64,000 nt of DNA from Squalus acanthias (lineage: Eukaryota): NCBI GenBank assembly GCA_030390025.1, contig CM059432.1, positions 121,460,001-121,524,000 on the forward strand, given 5' to 3'. The notes beneath the pieces are model-generated. The model did no database searches. It saw only the letters and a program-made list of their open reading frames with translations, and was not told the DNA's origin. Positions 23,966-36,320 of the stretch are shown piece by piece. The number at the start of each line of letters is the position of its first letter. Within the stretch, counting starts at the first letter, position 1. A program made the position numbers and the translations under genes.

Positions 23966-24620
23966 GGGGGAGAAATTGTCTAACCCCCAAAAACGGGTAT
24001 GGGGATCATGGTACGTGATTAACCCACAACCGTTCATTGCATTGCAGTCAGCACATTAAATTGGTGCTGCCTACTTTTTAAATGATTGTTGCATGCAGCC
24101 AGTGATCCCTGCGCTGTTCATTGGCTCCACACATCAGCAGGGGGCTCGATATCGCAAGTGGCTAGCGCTACTTAAAGGCAGCCTGCACCTCTTAAAGGGG
24201 AGGTGCATTGTGGCTGCAACAAGCAGTGGGAGTTTTTTCAAAAGTCAATCTGAGCCATGATACTTTGAGCAATGGCTGAACATGCGAGGGAGGCCCTCCA
24301 GACACATGCTCAAGAGGCAGTGGGAAGAATGCCAAGAGTGTTACTCCAAGAACAGGAAGAAGTTTAACATTCTGACATGAGTTGTCAAGGTGAGTGAGTT
24401 CATCTTCAAATGGCATATCCTAACATCTGCACCACTAGCCTCATCCACTGCTCAATTCATTACACCCCATCACCTATCTACCAACAATCTCTCTCAATCA
24501 GTACTCAACCTACAATTCATATGGTTTACCTCACCCTCACACACTTAACACTGTTGCGAGCCTTGCACCTACAACTCACAGCTCGCACACTGGCAGCTAT
24601 TCAACTCCTCCTATATTTCT
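23966..24620 (+). mobile_element. Relic left end of a related Harbinger with a decayed Myb exon 1
   Basis: Terminus GGGGGAGAAATT after CAT; 24354-24395 reads RKKFNILT*VVK followed by GTGAGT, matching the exon-1 end RKKFNDLTRVVR|GTGAGT. Confidence 0.7.
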
Positions 24621-24719
24621 TGTAATAAAACCTAGAAACCCATTAGAATTTTTTTAACAATCTTATAAAACTGAGGCACTGCCTTTAATATCCTGTGAAC
24701 GTAATCCCTCTGCTCTTCT

Positions 24720-26170
24720 ACAGCACTCAGACTACTTTCATCACTGCTCATATTTTGTACCAAAATATTTCACCTCACACTTACTGAGATTGAATTTTAT
24801 CTGCCACTTTTAGCCCATTCCGCCACCTATAAATTTCCATTTGCAGATTTCTTTGTTCTACAAAACAATTAATTATACTTCCTATGCTGGTATCATCTGC
24901 AAATTTTGATACCACTTCCTCTAGGCCGATATCCAAATCATTGCTATGCACCGTGAACAGACTGAACCCTGTGGGGCACTACTTCCAACCACTCTGGAAA
25001 AACTGCCCTTAACTGCAATCTCTGTTTTCTACCTTATAACCCATTTTAAATGCAGTTTGCTATCCTCCTCCTAATTCAATATCCCTTAATCTTCTATAAT
25101 AATCTCAAGTGTTATACTTTGTCAAAGGCTTTCCTAAAGTCCATGGGGGAAAAATTGGGTCGCGCCCCGAAAAAGTTAGCGCCCCCACGCCCAAAATTCA
25201 TCGGTAGCACCCCAAGAGGGAGGGGGGGACGATACTGGAAGTGCCCCGCCTCCCTCTTGGGGCGCTGTGAGTGAATATCACGGCGCTACGTGCCACAGCG
25301 CCACGCCCTGTGGCACGTTGCACCGCGGTACTGCAGGCCTTCCTCTGCTTATTAAAGGGGAGGGGCCTAGCGCAGCGCGACCTGGGGCCCAGCTGGGCCA
25401 CCAGGGATCGGAGTGCCGGCAAAAGAGCCCGGCACTCAAGAGAAGTGCCGGGCTCATGGAGCGCAGCCAGCACTCTGCGGCAGGGCTGCACAGAAGGCCG
25501 GGGTCGACAAAGCGGGCAGGTGCTGTCAGGCGGCCAGCAACAAAAATGGCCGCCCGGCACCTTCCCTTTAATTTGCGCTGCCCCGGCCGCAGGTAGGCCC
25601 CCCTGACCCTGTCAGACATAGCGTAAGTTGGGGGCACTACCGAAGATCGCAGCTGGGGTGCGAGCGGGGCGCTGCGCATGGTGATGACGGCATCGCCGGC
25701 AGCGCAGCGCGGCGGGGCGCTAACGGTTACCGCCGCCGCTAACCTCCTGCTGAATTTCGCGGGAGGCGTTAGCGGCGCTGCGCCCAGGTGCTAGTTGCTT
25801 TGCGCCCTCTTAGGGCACTAACGGGAGGCGCAAATCAACCGAATTTTTCCCCCCATGTATACTACATCAACTGCATTCCCCCCATCTGCCACATATGTTA
25901 CCTTCGCAAATGTTTGTCAAGCAGGATTGTCCCTTATGAAATCCATAATGACTACTTCTAACTATTTTCTCTGTATCTAATAAAAGGTAATTTCATCTTA
26001 ATTAAAGACTCTGGTAATTTCATCTTAATTAAAGGCTTTAATATTTTCCCTATCACAGATTTTAAGATAATGGGTCTTAATTACTTGGATTAGCTCTGTC
26101 TCCCTTTTGAAAAATGGGCATTACATTGGCCATTGTCTGATCTTCCACACTCAATAGAGCCCTGAAAATA
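24720..26170 (-). mobile_element. Old, degraded CR1 RT fragment interrupted by MITE-B
   Basis: After removing 25145-25853 and one TSD, the minus strand reads AVDVVYMDFRKAFDK; a KFADDT-coding segment lies near 24890-24910. Confidence 0.8.
25145..25853. mobile_element. Harbinger MITE-B (709 bp)
   Basis: Perfect TIR GGGGGAAAAATT / AATTTTTCCCCC; TSD CAT; GCGCTAA/TTAGCGC subterminal motifs; related to 46576 and 61477. Confidence 0.92.
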
Positions 26171-26171
26171 T

Positions 26172-26587
26172 GGCCTCAATTTTAACTCAGGGCGGGATCG
26201 GTGTGTGCAAGGGACTGGGGCGAGCAACAAATTTGCATGCCAAGATCCGGAGAGATTTTAACTCGCAGGCCTCATTTCCATATTCAGGGTCTGACTCTCG
26301 CGTGAACCTGACAGGAATCACTGCCTGGCTGGCGAGAAGGTGCGGGAGGCCGCCGAGAAACCACGGCAACGGTCCCCTGCAGTCAGGTGGGTCTCAGGGA
26401 GGAGAATTATTAATGGGGGTCGGAGGAAACCTGGGACAAGGGAGGCCCAAGGTTTCCTTGTGGGGCCCACCGGAGCACTTCTGCTCCTTCTGGCTCACAA
26501 GCAAACAGAAAATAATTAATAAAAACTACAAGGTTTGGCCTGGCGGGGATGCCCCCTCGTTTAGGCCTCAGGTTAAAATTGCTGACC
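26172..26587. repeat. Probable non-autonomous TIR element (..ATTTTAAC / GTTAAAAT.. family)
   Basis: CAATTTTAAC near the left end and GTTAAAATTG near the right end; GC-rich interior resembles 28891-29200 and 34250-34770. Confidence 0.45.
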
Positions 26588-26877
26588 GATTATATTACTG
26601 AATTGTCTTTCGTGTTTTTTAGTACCTTATATTAAAGTTTTTACTCGGCCTCAGGCTTGATAGGTTTGCCTCGAGTGTGACTCTGAGCTGAATTTGGATT
26701 GTGCAATCTGAGCATGTGCAATGAACCTAATTTCCCAGGACACTTCAGTATCGTTCAGTCAGCTTTCATTTTGGAATATGTTATTATAGCTTCTAACACC
26801 TTCTGCTTAATAGCGTTTCTTGAAATAATTTAGAAAAACAAGAGGATATTTCAAAAGCTTTATTGCGGTAAAATTTA

Positions 26878-27724
26878 GGGGGGAATTTTGCCAGCCCTGG
26901 GGAGGCGGGTATGGAGGTGGGACTGCCGGGAAAATGGCAGAAACTGGGAGCGGGTACCGAACCCGCTCCCAACCCGCCTCCGTGCCATCTTCCCGGGAGG
27001 CGGGTCCTCGACTCGCGCAGGGACCCGTCTCCTCGAGGCGGGAAGGGGATTACAGCCACTTAACTGCTAGTTAACAGATAGTTAACAGGCAGTTAAGAGG
27101 CTTATCCCCATTTTACCCCTGCAAGTGCGGGCTTCCCGATGGCTGCAAACCTCGCCAGGGTCAGCAAGGCGAGCAGTGGGTCTGCGGGGGTGAGAGGGGT
27201 CGAAAAGTGCGCTGTGGAGGTGAGTGATGGGTGCAAGTGTGGACAGGTAAGTATGAGAGGTGAGTGTAAAGTGCTTGAAAAAGTTTACTTACCTTTGCTT
27301 CTTCCTGCAGGCTTCAACCCTTGGGGATCCGGAGGTGCCTCATCTCAACGGCAGAGATGACAGAATGGCTGCTGCATTCTCCGGTGCAGCAGCCATCTGA
27401 TTTCTGCTAAGGAGAGAGGTTTGGTGAGTCTTCAGTCCAAGGGCTCACCACAGAACAGAGACTGTCAGTGATTGACAGCTTCTCAAAGCTGTCAAACGCT
27501 GACAATTCATCTGTCAAAAATTTTTGACAGATTAAACAGTCATACACTGATGTCCTCTGTCACTGGCTTTCACTTAATTGGCCGGCTAAGCCCGCAGGGC
27601 AGGGCTTAACAAGGTCAATCAAGGGAAAATAGCGTGGGTTGGCCGGACGTCGTTGGAGGCGGGACTGAAACCCGACAACCAGCAGTCCCGCCCCCAACGC
27701 ACCCCCATTGAGAAAATCCAGCCC
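26878..27724. mobile_element. Harbinger-type MITE (847 bp) with an internal hairpin array
   Basis: Imperfect TIR GGGGGGAATTTT / AAAATCCAGCCC; canonical PIF/Harbinger TSD TTA on both sides (26875-26877 and 27725-27727). Confidence 0.8.
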
Positions 27725-28638
27725 TTATATTCAGTATTTAATTTGAAATGGTCTGTGTTTATGTATGTATATGCGTGCGTGAGTGTGTGCGTTCCCACGG
27801 ATCCCCGGCTGCGGCCTCCTGCTGCAAATTCTCGCTCCCACCCACCGGCCAGGTAGTAAATCTGGCTGGGTGTTGGACGGCGCTCTGGAAAAGTTTATTC
27901 CAATGAGGCCCAGCCTTTAAGATTGGCAGCGCCCACACATCCCCGTCCTTGCTGAGTTTTATCGCCCGCTACCGGGATCCCAAGCACCCTTCCCGCAGCC
28001 CCCCCCACCCCGCCTCCAACACACTGGAACAATCATGGCCAATGAGTCACCCTTGGGGAGTCACTCGTTATATGGCTGTCCAGGGCAGCATGAGCTGAGT
28101 GGGATTGATAGAGGTACAACTCCCAACCAAGAGACCATGTGGAGACAGGCAAACAGCATGACTAGAATAGTTCGAGCTCAAAGCATCATTATTCCAGATA
28201 ATGCATCATCAGTTTATCAGAGACAGTCAATGCAACATGATAATGGGCTAACACTAGACATCATCCATGGCAAGCCGTGCGTGTCCTGTCTACTAAATAG
28301 GAGGACACAGACGGTCACACCATCAATGTGGTAGCTGAGAGCAGAGCAAGTTCCTCCGTGGGCAAGGCTGCTCTAGTTAAATCCCCATCTTAAAAAAGGG
28401 GCAAGTGACAAATCCTCAAATTACTGACCTGTAGGCCACCACGTGGGCTAAACTTCTGCCAACTGGCCAGTCAGCAGATGCTAGGCCAGGGTCAAGAAAT
28501 TCACAATCTGGGAGTCCTAGTCCCCATGGGCAGTGCAGGATATCATGTTTGCTGAAAGATAGTGGTTCTGCCCCAAACAAGACTGCAGAAATTCAGAGCA
28601 CGGGCTATCTGGGTACCAGCTTATTTTGCAGGTGTTAC

Positions 28639-28695
28639 GCCACGCCTTCTGACTGATGCCACACCTTCTGACTGATGCCACACCTTCTGACTGAT
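28639..28695 (+). repeat. Tandem repeat, 3 x 19 bp
   Basis: Unit GCCACACCTTCTGACTGAT (one mismatch in copy 1). Confidence 0.9.
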
Positions 28696-29284
28696 TTACA
28701 GTGTGAGTTCATTGGAAGGCCTGCAGAATTCAGGGCCACAGTATACAGGACTACAACAGGAATAAAGTGCATGAAGTGATGACTACAAAGGGAACATATG
28801 TGTTGGAAAAGCTTTTGCATGTTTAGTCTGGGCTAGTGTCAGAGGAAATCAACGTCCTGACAGTGTTTAGAAAGTAATTCAGAGACTACAGGGCTGATTT
28901 TAACTCTGCCCGACCAATTGGAAATAGGACGGGTGGGCAGTTAAAAAGTCCGCCACGACTTTGCCCCTCCGATCGCACTGCCTTACCACATGTTGTAATT
29001 TTAACCTACACTTTTGAGCAGGTGAGAGGGACACCTGCTGGAAAGCAGCAGGGTCCTTTAAATATGTATCATGTCATTGGGCCCCGACTGCAATTTTAAC
29101 CCAAGGCCTGCGCGGGGAAGCTTTTGTGGCTTCCCCACCAGGCCAACGTGGAGCCAAGAGGAGCTGGGGCCAGAAGAGGCCCAGAAAGGAAGGTTCATTT
29201 TTTGTTTACAAAAGCAAAATACTGCGGATGCTGGAAATCTGAAATACTCAGCAGGTCAGGCAGCATCTGCGGAGAGAGAAACAG

Positions 29285-29321
29285 AGTTAACGTTTCAGGT
29301 CGATGACCTTTCATCAGAACT
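29285..29321 (-). ncRNA. Minimal type I hammerhead ribozyme of the Penelope terminal repeat
   Basis: Minus strand: AGTT-CTGATGA-A-AGGTC atc GACCT-GAAAC-GTT-AACT, i.e. CUGAUGA/GAAA cores, stem II, loopless stem III and stem I AGTT/AACT. Confidence 0.75.
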
Positions 29322-30646
29322 GGAACAAGTTAGAGATGAAACAGATTTTAAGGAAGTACAGGGGCAGGGAAAGGGGGGAACGGGAGGAAAGAACAAAAGG
29401 GACGGTCTGTGATAGGGTGGCAGGCGTGATTAAATGACAAAAGGGATGATGGTACAAAGTAATGGGACAAGTAAAGAAACAAAAGATGAATCTAGATGAG
29501 GTGTAAATGCGAATGGCAGAATCAACAGCTGGCTTCTGAAAAAGAGGGACAGATGTTATGGTCTGAAATTGTTGAACTCTATGTTGAGTCCAGAAGGCTG
29601 TAAAGTGCCTAATCGAAAGATAAGGTGCTGTTCCTCGAGCTTACATTGAGCTTCATTGGAACAGTGGAGGAGGCCGAAGACCAAGTGGTCAGAGTCGGAG
29701 TGGAGCGGAGAATTAAAGTGACAGGCGACTGGAAGCTCAGGATCACGCTTACGGACTGAACGGAGATGTTTTGCAAAGTGGTCACCCAATCTGCGTTTGG
29801 TCTCCCCAATGTAGAGGAGACCGCATCGTGAGCAGCGAATGCAGTATACCAAATTACAAGAAGTACAAGTAAATCGCTGTTTCACCTAGAAGGAGTGTGT
29901 GGGGCCCTGGACAGTGGGAAGGGAGGAGATAAAAGGATAGGTGTTGCATCTCCTGCGCTTGCACGGGAAGGTGCTGAGGGGAGGGGAGGGGCTGTTGGGT
30001 GTGATTGAGGAGTGGATCAGGGTGTCGTGGAGGGAGCGGTCCCTTCGGAATGCTGAAAGGGGAGGGGAAGATGTGTTTGGTGGCGGGATCATGCTGGAGG
30101 TGGCGGAAATGGTGGAGGATGATGAAATGGACACGGTTGAGAGCCATGTCAACCATGGTAGAGGGGAATCCTCAGTTGAGGAAAAAGGAAGGCATATTGG
30201 ACGCACTAGTATGGAAGGTGGCAACGTCAGAGCAGATGCGATGGAGACGGAGAAACTGGGAGAATGGGATAGAGTCCGTTCCATTTCCTGCACTTCTGCT
30301 CTCACCCCATCCCCTCCCTCCCAGAACCACAATAGAGTTCCCCTTGTCCTCACCTTTCAATCCCCAACCTCCACATTCAACTGATCATCCTGCGCCATTT
30401 CCGCCACCTCCGGTGTGATCCCACCACCAAACACATCTTCCCCTCCCCTTCCCTTTCAGCATTCCTTCCAGGTGAAACAGTGATTTACTTGTACTTCTTG
30501 TACCGTTCCAACAAAGCTCAACCTTTTGTCATTTAATCTCTACTGCCTTCCACCCTATCACAGACCGTCCCTTTTGTTCTTTTCTCCCCTCCCCCTTTTC
30601 CCTGCCCCTATACTTGCTTAAAATCTGTGACATCTCTAACTTTTCC

Positions 30647-30683
30647 AGTTCTGACGAAAGGTCATCAACCTGAAATGTTAACT
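30647..30683 (+). ncRNA. Second hammerhead copy (one stem II mismatch, GAAAC>GAAAT)
   Basis: AGTT-CTGACGA-AAGGTCATCAACCT-GAAAT-GTT-AACT. Confidence 0.6.
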
Positions 30684-33079
30684 CTGTTTCTCTCTCCACA
30701 GATGCTGCCTGACCTGCTGAGTATTTCCAGCATTTTTCTGTTTTTATTTCATTCTATTTTTTATTGGTTTCCTTGTGGGCTGTCAGGATTGGACCTTCGG
30801 GCTCCCCTGTCCTGGGCTTCCCTCCTCTTCCCCTTACTGTGATGACCTCCTGAACCCCCTCCCAGCTAGGTGCCTGAGTGCTGGAGGACGTTCCTTTGGG
30901 TTCCCGGTGATGGTCCCCTGCCGCCTGAAATCCCGCTCCCACTCATCGTTCAGCTCGCGCTTCTCTCCAGGTTTGGGGTGGGAGATAATGGGGTCTATGC
31001 AGACGAGGCCAGGAGTTAAAATCTCCCGGGCCTCATGCTGCGGAGGGCTGGAGAGTTTGCCACCTGCTCCCACCGGTTAAAATCGCGGTTTCTGGAGCAT
31101 TAACGGTGATGATCTTGGACTGTACTATAGGCTGACAGTTTGGTTCGATCTTTGGTGTTCAATGAGATGGACAATGAAAGCTGCAGTTTTGTTTTCTGTG
31201 CGATATTGTTTACCCACGGCTGTGGCATTTTCACATTTTCCTTTCAATTTAATTTTTGCTACACGTCATTTACAGGAGATAAAATGGGATTTATGGTCAG
31301 CCAATGTTAGTATTAAGTCACTGATGAGGCATTTTGTTCAAAGCCAGTTACTGAGCCTCTCTCAATCGGCTTTGTCACTATGGAGAGTTTGGCACTTTTC
31401 AAATAGCATCATTAGTGCTCACACAGACACATACACATTGTAAAAGAGATTTTATATTGCTGCATTACATTAATGGCATTTTATGCACTCTTTTAGCCTA
31501 CTGAGATTTCTCTCTAGCTTTCCACCACTAGTTTATCATTCGACTCACATACTTGTCTCACAAGACCAATGTCCACTAACGTCTGTGTTTTACAATTACA
31601 AGGAATCTATTATTGCAAGGATACTGAAGCCTGGACAGGAATTTACCTTAAATAATAGAAACTTATCCAGAAGGTGCTGTGGGTTGTGTCTGACATTGTG
31701 AGTGCATTTCCCTTTCTTGTGAGCTGTCAAAATACCACCTAGTGCGCCGTGAGACCTAAGTGCCACTATAAATTGGGGAACGCTTGTAGCGCTTAAATGT
31801 TCCTGCTGAAATTAAAGGCGAGTCAGGAGCTATCCCCTGCTCTCCCCACCACCCCCATTGCTGCAGAGAGACATGGTCAGGTTTCAGTTGCAGCAAGGCG
31901 CAAACTGTGCAGCCGTACAGGGCCCCAGTGCTGGAGGGAAGCCCCATGCAGCCTGCTAATTGAATGCTGTTTTGGCTCTGAGCATGAACGATTAGCATTT
32001 AATGAAATGGTTTCAGTAGTTTTGCGTAGGCTCTGGTTGACCTTGACTGGTGGTTTGCTCAAACTGGAAAAAAAAACTGAACCTGATCTCAGAACTAAAG
32101 CTCAACAGATCACCTTCTACGTTGATCTTCCCTTTTGGCTCAAATGGCAATGCTAACGTTTCATTAAACAACATAGTAGATTGGAAATACATACTTGATT
32201 ATTGATTTTGTCCTCTTTGAAGAGTTAATAGTCAAGAGAGTGCGTTTCATTGTTTATTGTTTCATTGTTTTTTTCCCAGATACTTTCGGTGCTAAAGAGC
32301 CTCAGAGGGCTGTCCTGTACCCACAGGGGGATATGATGCCACCTCGCCCTCCTGTCCCTCTCTCCTGCAGCAACTGCTGCTCTGCCTGGCCTCATGTCCT
32401 CCTCCCATTCCTCGTCCAGACCAAGGGGGACCCCTTAGCAAGAAGCCCATGACCAAGCACACCCTTTCTCCTGGTGACTCCTCTAAGGTGGAGTACCCCA
32501 GTGCTCGCTCTTTTTAGGTGAAGTCCTTAGAGAATTTCTGGAATAACTGTTGCTCGAGTGTTGGTGAAGTCTTGACAAAGTGTCCCAGAAAGTCTCCCGA
32601 TGTGTTTCAGAGGTCCTCTTCACAGCTCCAGCAGCAATGAACATGAAATGGTGAGTATCCCTTTAAGTAATGTTTGAAATCCACATCAACGCCATGTTTA
32701 CTCCCAAACAGCTGGCCGCTGTTAGGAGAGGACGTTAGTTGAAGCGGTAGCCACCACGTTGCCGTGCAGCCTCTTTAATGAGCGCTAGCAGGCATTTTAA
32801 GTGGCAATCAGCTGTTTAACGAGCCTCCGGGCGGCCATTCCTATCACACGCTTCAACTCCTTTACCAAGATGGCGTCTTGCGCTAAACGCAGATAAACCG
32901 GTGTTGCAGCTTAAGACCCCAATCTTGGCCACCTCAGAGGCTCTTTAGCATCTAAAGTATCTGGCAAAAATCTCCCCCCACCCCCAGACTTTGAAACAGG
33001 CGTGACTTATTAGTACAGCACCCATTTAGCACCTGTTTTCACCCTATGGCCAAAATAACCCTCTAGGTCTAATTACGTA

Positions 33080-33275
33080 GAACCATAGAATCAGAGAATG
33101 ATACAGCACAGAAGGAGTCCATTCACCCCATCGTGCCTGTGCCAGCTGTTTGAAAGGGCTATCTAATTAGTCCCACTCCATTGCCCTTTCCCCATAGCCC
33201 TGCAAATCTTTTCACTTCAAGTATTTATCCAATTCCCTTTTGAAATTTATGATTGAATCTGCTTCCCCCGCCCTT
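33080..33275 (-). mobile_element. CR1 3' end fragment
   Basis: ATAGAATC..ATACAGCACAGAAGGAG.CCATTC.CCCCATCGTG 3'UTR and the end of ORF2. Confidence 0.75.
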
Positions 33276-33767
33276 TATACATAGTTTGGAACTTTAATGT
33301 GGAACAGACTGACAAATGTACTCACTGGCAGATTTTAATGAATTTAAGTTTGATTTGGAATCGCAATGGGATAACACTATTACAAATTTTATTAGTCAAA
33401 AGCTCTCACTACAACTTATGGCTTCCGTGTCCCTGCAAGAAACTCTCTTATAACCAGTGCAGAAGCTCACATTTTGAAAGCATCAGTCTCAGGCAGTGGC
33501 TCTGCATGTTGGAGGACCATCATGTATAGCAGCAGAGCAGTGGAAGGACGCAACTTCTACTCCCACTCCTACCCACTCAGGTCCCGATCTGAACCACAGA
33601 GATGCGGAGATGTGCTGAGGCATCCACCCGAGGGGAGGGGAGGGGAAATTGGGCAAGGGATTCCTCACTGGATCCACAAGACCTCCCTGCTGTTGATAGA
33701 GAGCAGCATTTGTGGCGCCCTGGAAGAAGACCGCCCAACCATCCACCCACTTAGCAACAGGTGTCAG

Positions 33768-34190
33768 CCTTGGCTCACTGGCAACACTCTTGCATCTGAA
33801 TCAAAAGGCTGTGGCTTCAAGCCCCACTTTGGAGACTTGAGCACATAACCTAGGCTGGCAGTACAGTGCAGCACTGAGGGATGGGCACGGCATTGTTGGG
33901 TGTGTCATTTTTTACATGAGACGTTAAACCGAGGCCCTATCTGACCTCTTGGGTGGATGTAAAAGATCCCACAGCACTATTTGAAGAAGGGCAGGTGAGT
34001 TCTCCCAGTGTCCTGGCCAATATTTATCCCTTAACTAACAGGACTCAAATAGATTATCTGGTCATGCATCTCAGTGCTATTTGTTGGACCTTGCTGTGTG
34101 CAAATTGGCTGCTATGCTTCCCTACTGTGACTACATCATAAAATGACTTCATTGTCTTGAAGACATGAAAGATCTTTCTTTCTTTCTTAG
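33768..34190 (+). mobile_element. Deu-domain SINE, diverged
   Basis: GGTGTCAGCCTTGGCTCA head; ATGAGACGTTAAACCGAGGCC core. Confidence 0.85.
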
Positions 34191-34784
34191 CATGGGTGAG
34201 GCATTTGGCAGATCCATGAAAGTGACAAGAAAAAGCTAGACCTGTGTTAAGGAGCGGGGGGGGGGGATTTTAACCTTGTGCACTTGGACCCCGATCTTGA
34301 CTGGGGTGGGCTTTCCGAGCGGGGGAGAGGATTTGTGGTTGGGATAAGTCCGGGTTTCCCTGCACGCTGCGGAGTCTCTCCCTGTCGGGTGGAGAAGGCT
34401 CTGGAGGAGGCCGCGGGCCAGGAGCAGGTAGGGAGCCTGCTGCTAGGGTAGTAATAGCGCGGTGGGGGTGTCCGAATCTTGAGTGGAGGGAACCGATCCT
34501 GGGTTCGGCGATCCTGGAGGAGGTAAGCAGGTTCGCTTGGGGGGCCAGGGGGAAGCACTCCTGCTCCTCCTGGCCCACAAGCAGTGCTGGAAAGGCACTT
34601 AACTATTCCATGCAGCAGCCCTCACCTACCTTCAGCTGCTGGGTTTCCTGTGGCCCGGGAAACCAAGCCGGCCAGCGTTAAACCTGGAAGACAGATAAAG
34701 TCTGAGGCATGCAACCTGATTATAATATTTAAATGACCGACCTGCCTCCTGAGAGCGAGTTGGTCGCCCAACTGATTCCATCTC

Positions 34785-36320
34785 CCTCCCTGGCCATTGC
34801 CTCAGGTTGAATCAGACTGTTCACAACCTTGGCATCCTATTCGACCCTAAGCTCAGTTTCCAACCCAGTATCCTCTCCATCACAAAGACTGCCTACTTCT
34901 ACAATAGCAAAATACTATGGATGCTGGAAATCTGAAATAACAACAGAAAATGCTGGAAACACTCAGCAGGTCTGGCAGCATCCATGGAGAGAAAAACAGA
35001 GTTAAAGTTTCAGGTCTGTGACCCTCCGTCAGAATTGGTAAAAGTTGGAGATGTAACAGGTTTTAAGCAGGTGCAGAGGCAGGGAAAGGGGGTGGGGAGG
35101 GGAGGAAGGAATTGAAGGGACAGTCTGTGCTAGAATGCAAGGCAGGAGAGATGAAATGTTGCAAATGGGGATGGCAGAATCATCAACAGCTGCCACCTGA
35201 AAAAATGGGGGGTCACAGTCTAAAATTGTTGAACTCAATGTTGAGACCAGAAGGCTATAAAGTGCCTAATCGAAAGATGAGGTGCTGTTCCTTGAGCTTA
35301 CGTTGAGCTTCATTGGAACAGTGTAAGAGGCTTACTTCTACCTTTGTAACATTGCCTGCCTCAGCCCCTGCCTCATCCATCTGCTGCTGAAATTCGCATC
35401 CATACTTTTGTCACTTCCAGACTTGAGTATTCAGTGTTCTCCTAACCAGCCTCCCATCCTCCTCCATGCTCTGTAAACTTCAATTCATCCAAGATTCTGC
35501 TGCCCATATCCTATCCTGCACCAAGTCCTACTCACCAATCTCCCCATCCTTGCTGACTTACATTGGCTCTAGTTCCACCAAAGCCTCCAATTTAAAATCA
35601 TCCTCATGTTTAAATCCCTTCATGGCCTGATCCCCCTAACATAGTGCAGCACTTAGGGAACACTTCGCTGTTGGAGGTGTCATCTTTCAGATGAAACGTT
35701 AGACCAAGAACCCGTCTCCCCTATCAGGTGGACATAAAAGATCCCATGGCAATATTCGAAGAACAGCAGGGGAGTTCTCCCCGGTGCCCTGGCCAATATT
35801 TATCCCTCAATCAACTTCACTAAAAACAGATTATCTGGTCACTTAATTAATTGCTGTTTGCGGGACCTTGCTGTATACAAAATGGCTGCCACATTTCCTG
35901 CATTACAACAGTGACTACACTTCAAAAGTACTTCATTGGCTGCAAAGCATTTTGGGATATCCTGAGGTTGTGAAAGGGGCTATATAAATGCAAGTTCTTT
36001 CTTTTCTTTCTCCATAACCTCCTCCAGCACTGTACTTCTGACTTTGGCCTTTTTGTTCATCCCCTAATCCCTGCCCTCCACCAATGCTGGACGTGTCTTA
36101 GCCACCTAGGCCACATGCTCTGAAATTCCCCACCTCTGCCCCGCTGCCTCTCAATCTTCCTCTCCTCTGTAAAACCTACCTGTTTGACCAAGCTTCTGTT
36201 TGCCCCTCCCAATATCTCCTTCTTTAGCACAATGTCCATTTTTGTCTGATTACACCTCGGTTGAGCAGACTGCGATGTTTATTTACATTAAAGGCACCAG
36301 ATAAATGCAAGTTGTTGTTC
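34785..36320 (+). mobile_element. L2 3' fragment interrupted by a Penelope fragment (34903-35329) and a Deu-SINE (about 35640-36010)
   Basis: L2 motifs (NLGILFDPKLSF, ITKTAYF, LADLHWL) and L2 tail at about 36260-36318. The Penelope fragment is flanked by GC[C/T]TACTTCTAC (34891-34902 and 35330-35341). Confidence 0.8.
34903..35329 (-). mobile_element. Penelope-like 3' fragment with a degenerate hammerhead
   Basis: Collinear with 29210-29670; hammerhead core mutated (CTGACGG). Confidence 0.85.

Larger units (their letters stand above)
29210..30750 (-). mobile_element. Penelope-like element: GIY-YIG endonuclease fragment (-) joined to an inverted partial copy (+, about 30270-30750)
   Basis: ORF 29556-29885 reads FTCTSCNLVYCIRCSRCGLLYIGETKRRL..F..HLRSV..PVACHFNS..EQHLIFRLGTLQPSGLN. 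Segments 29230-29440 and 30525-30730 are mutual reverse complements. Sits within a GATTTTAAC-type repeat (about 28891-31090). Confidence 0.93.

Noticed and set aside
25986..26034. 22-bp direct repeat GGTAATTTCATCTTAATTAAAG
   Set aside because: Local duplication inside a dead CR1; no sign of function.
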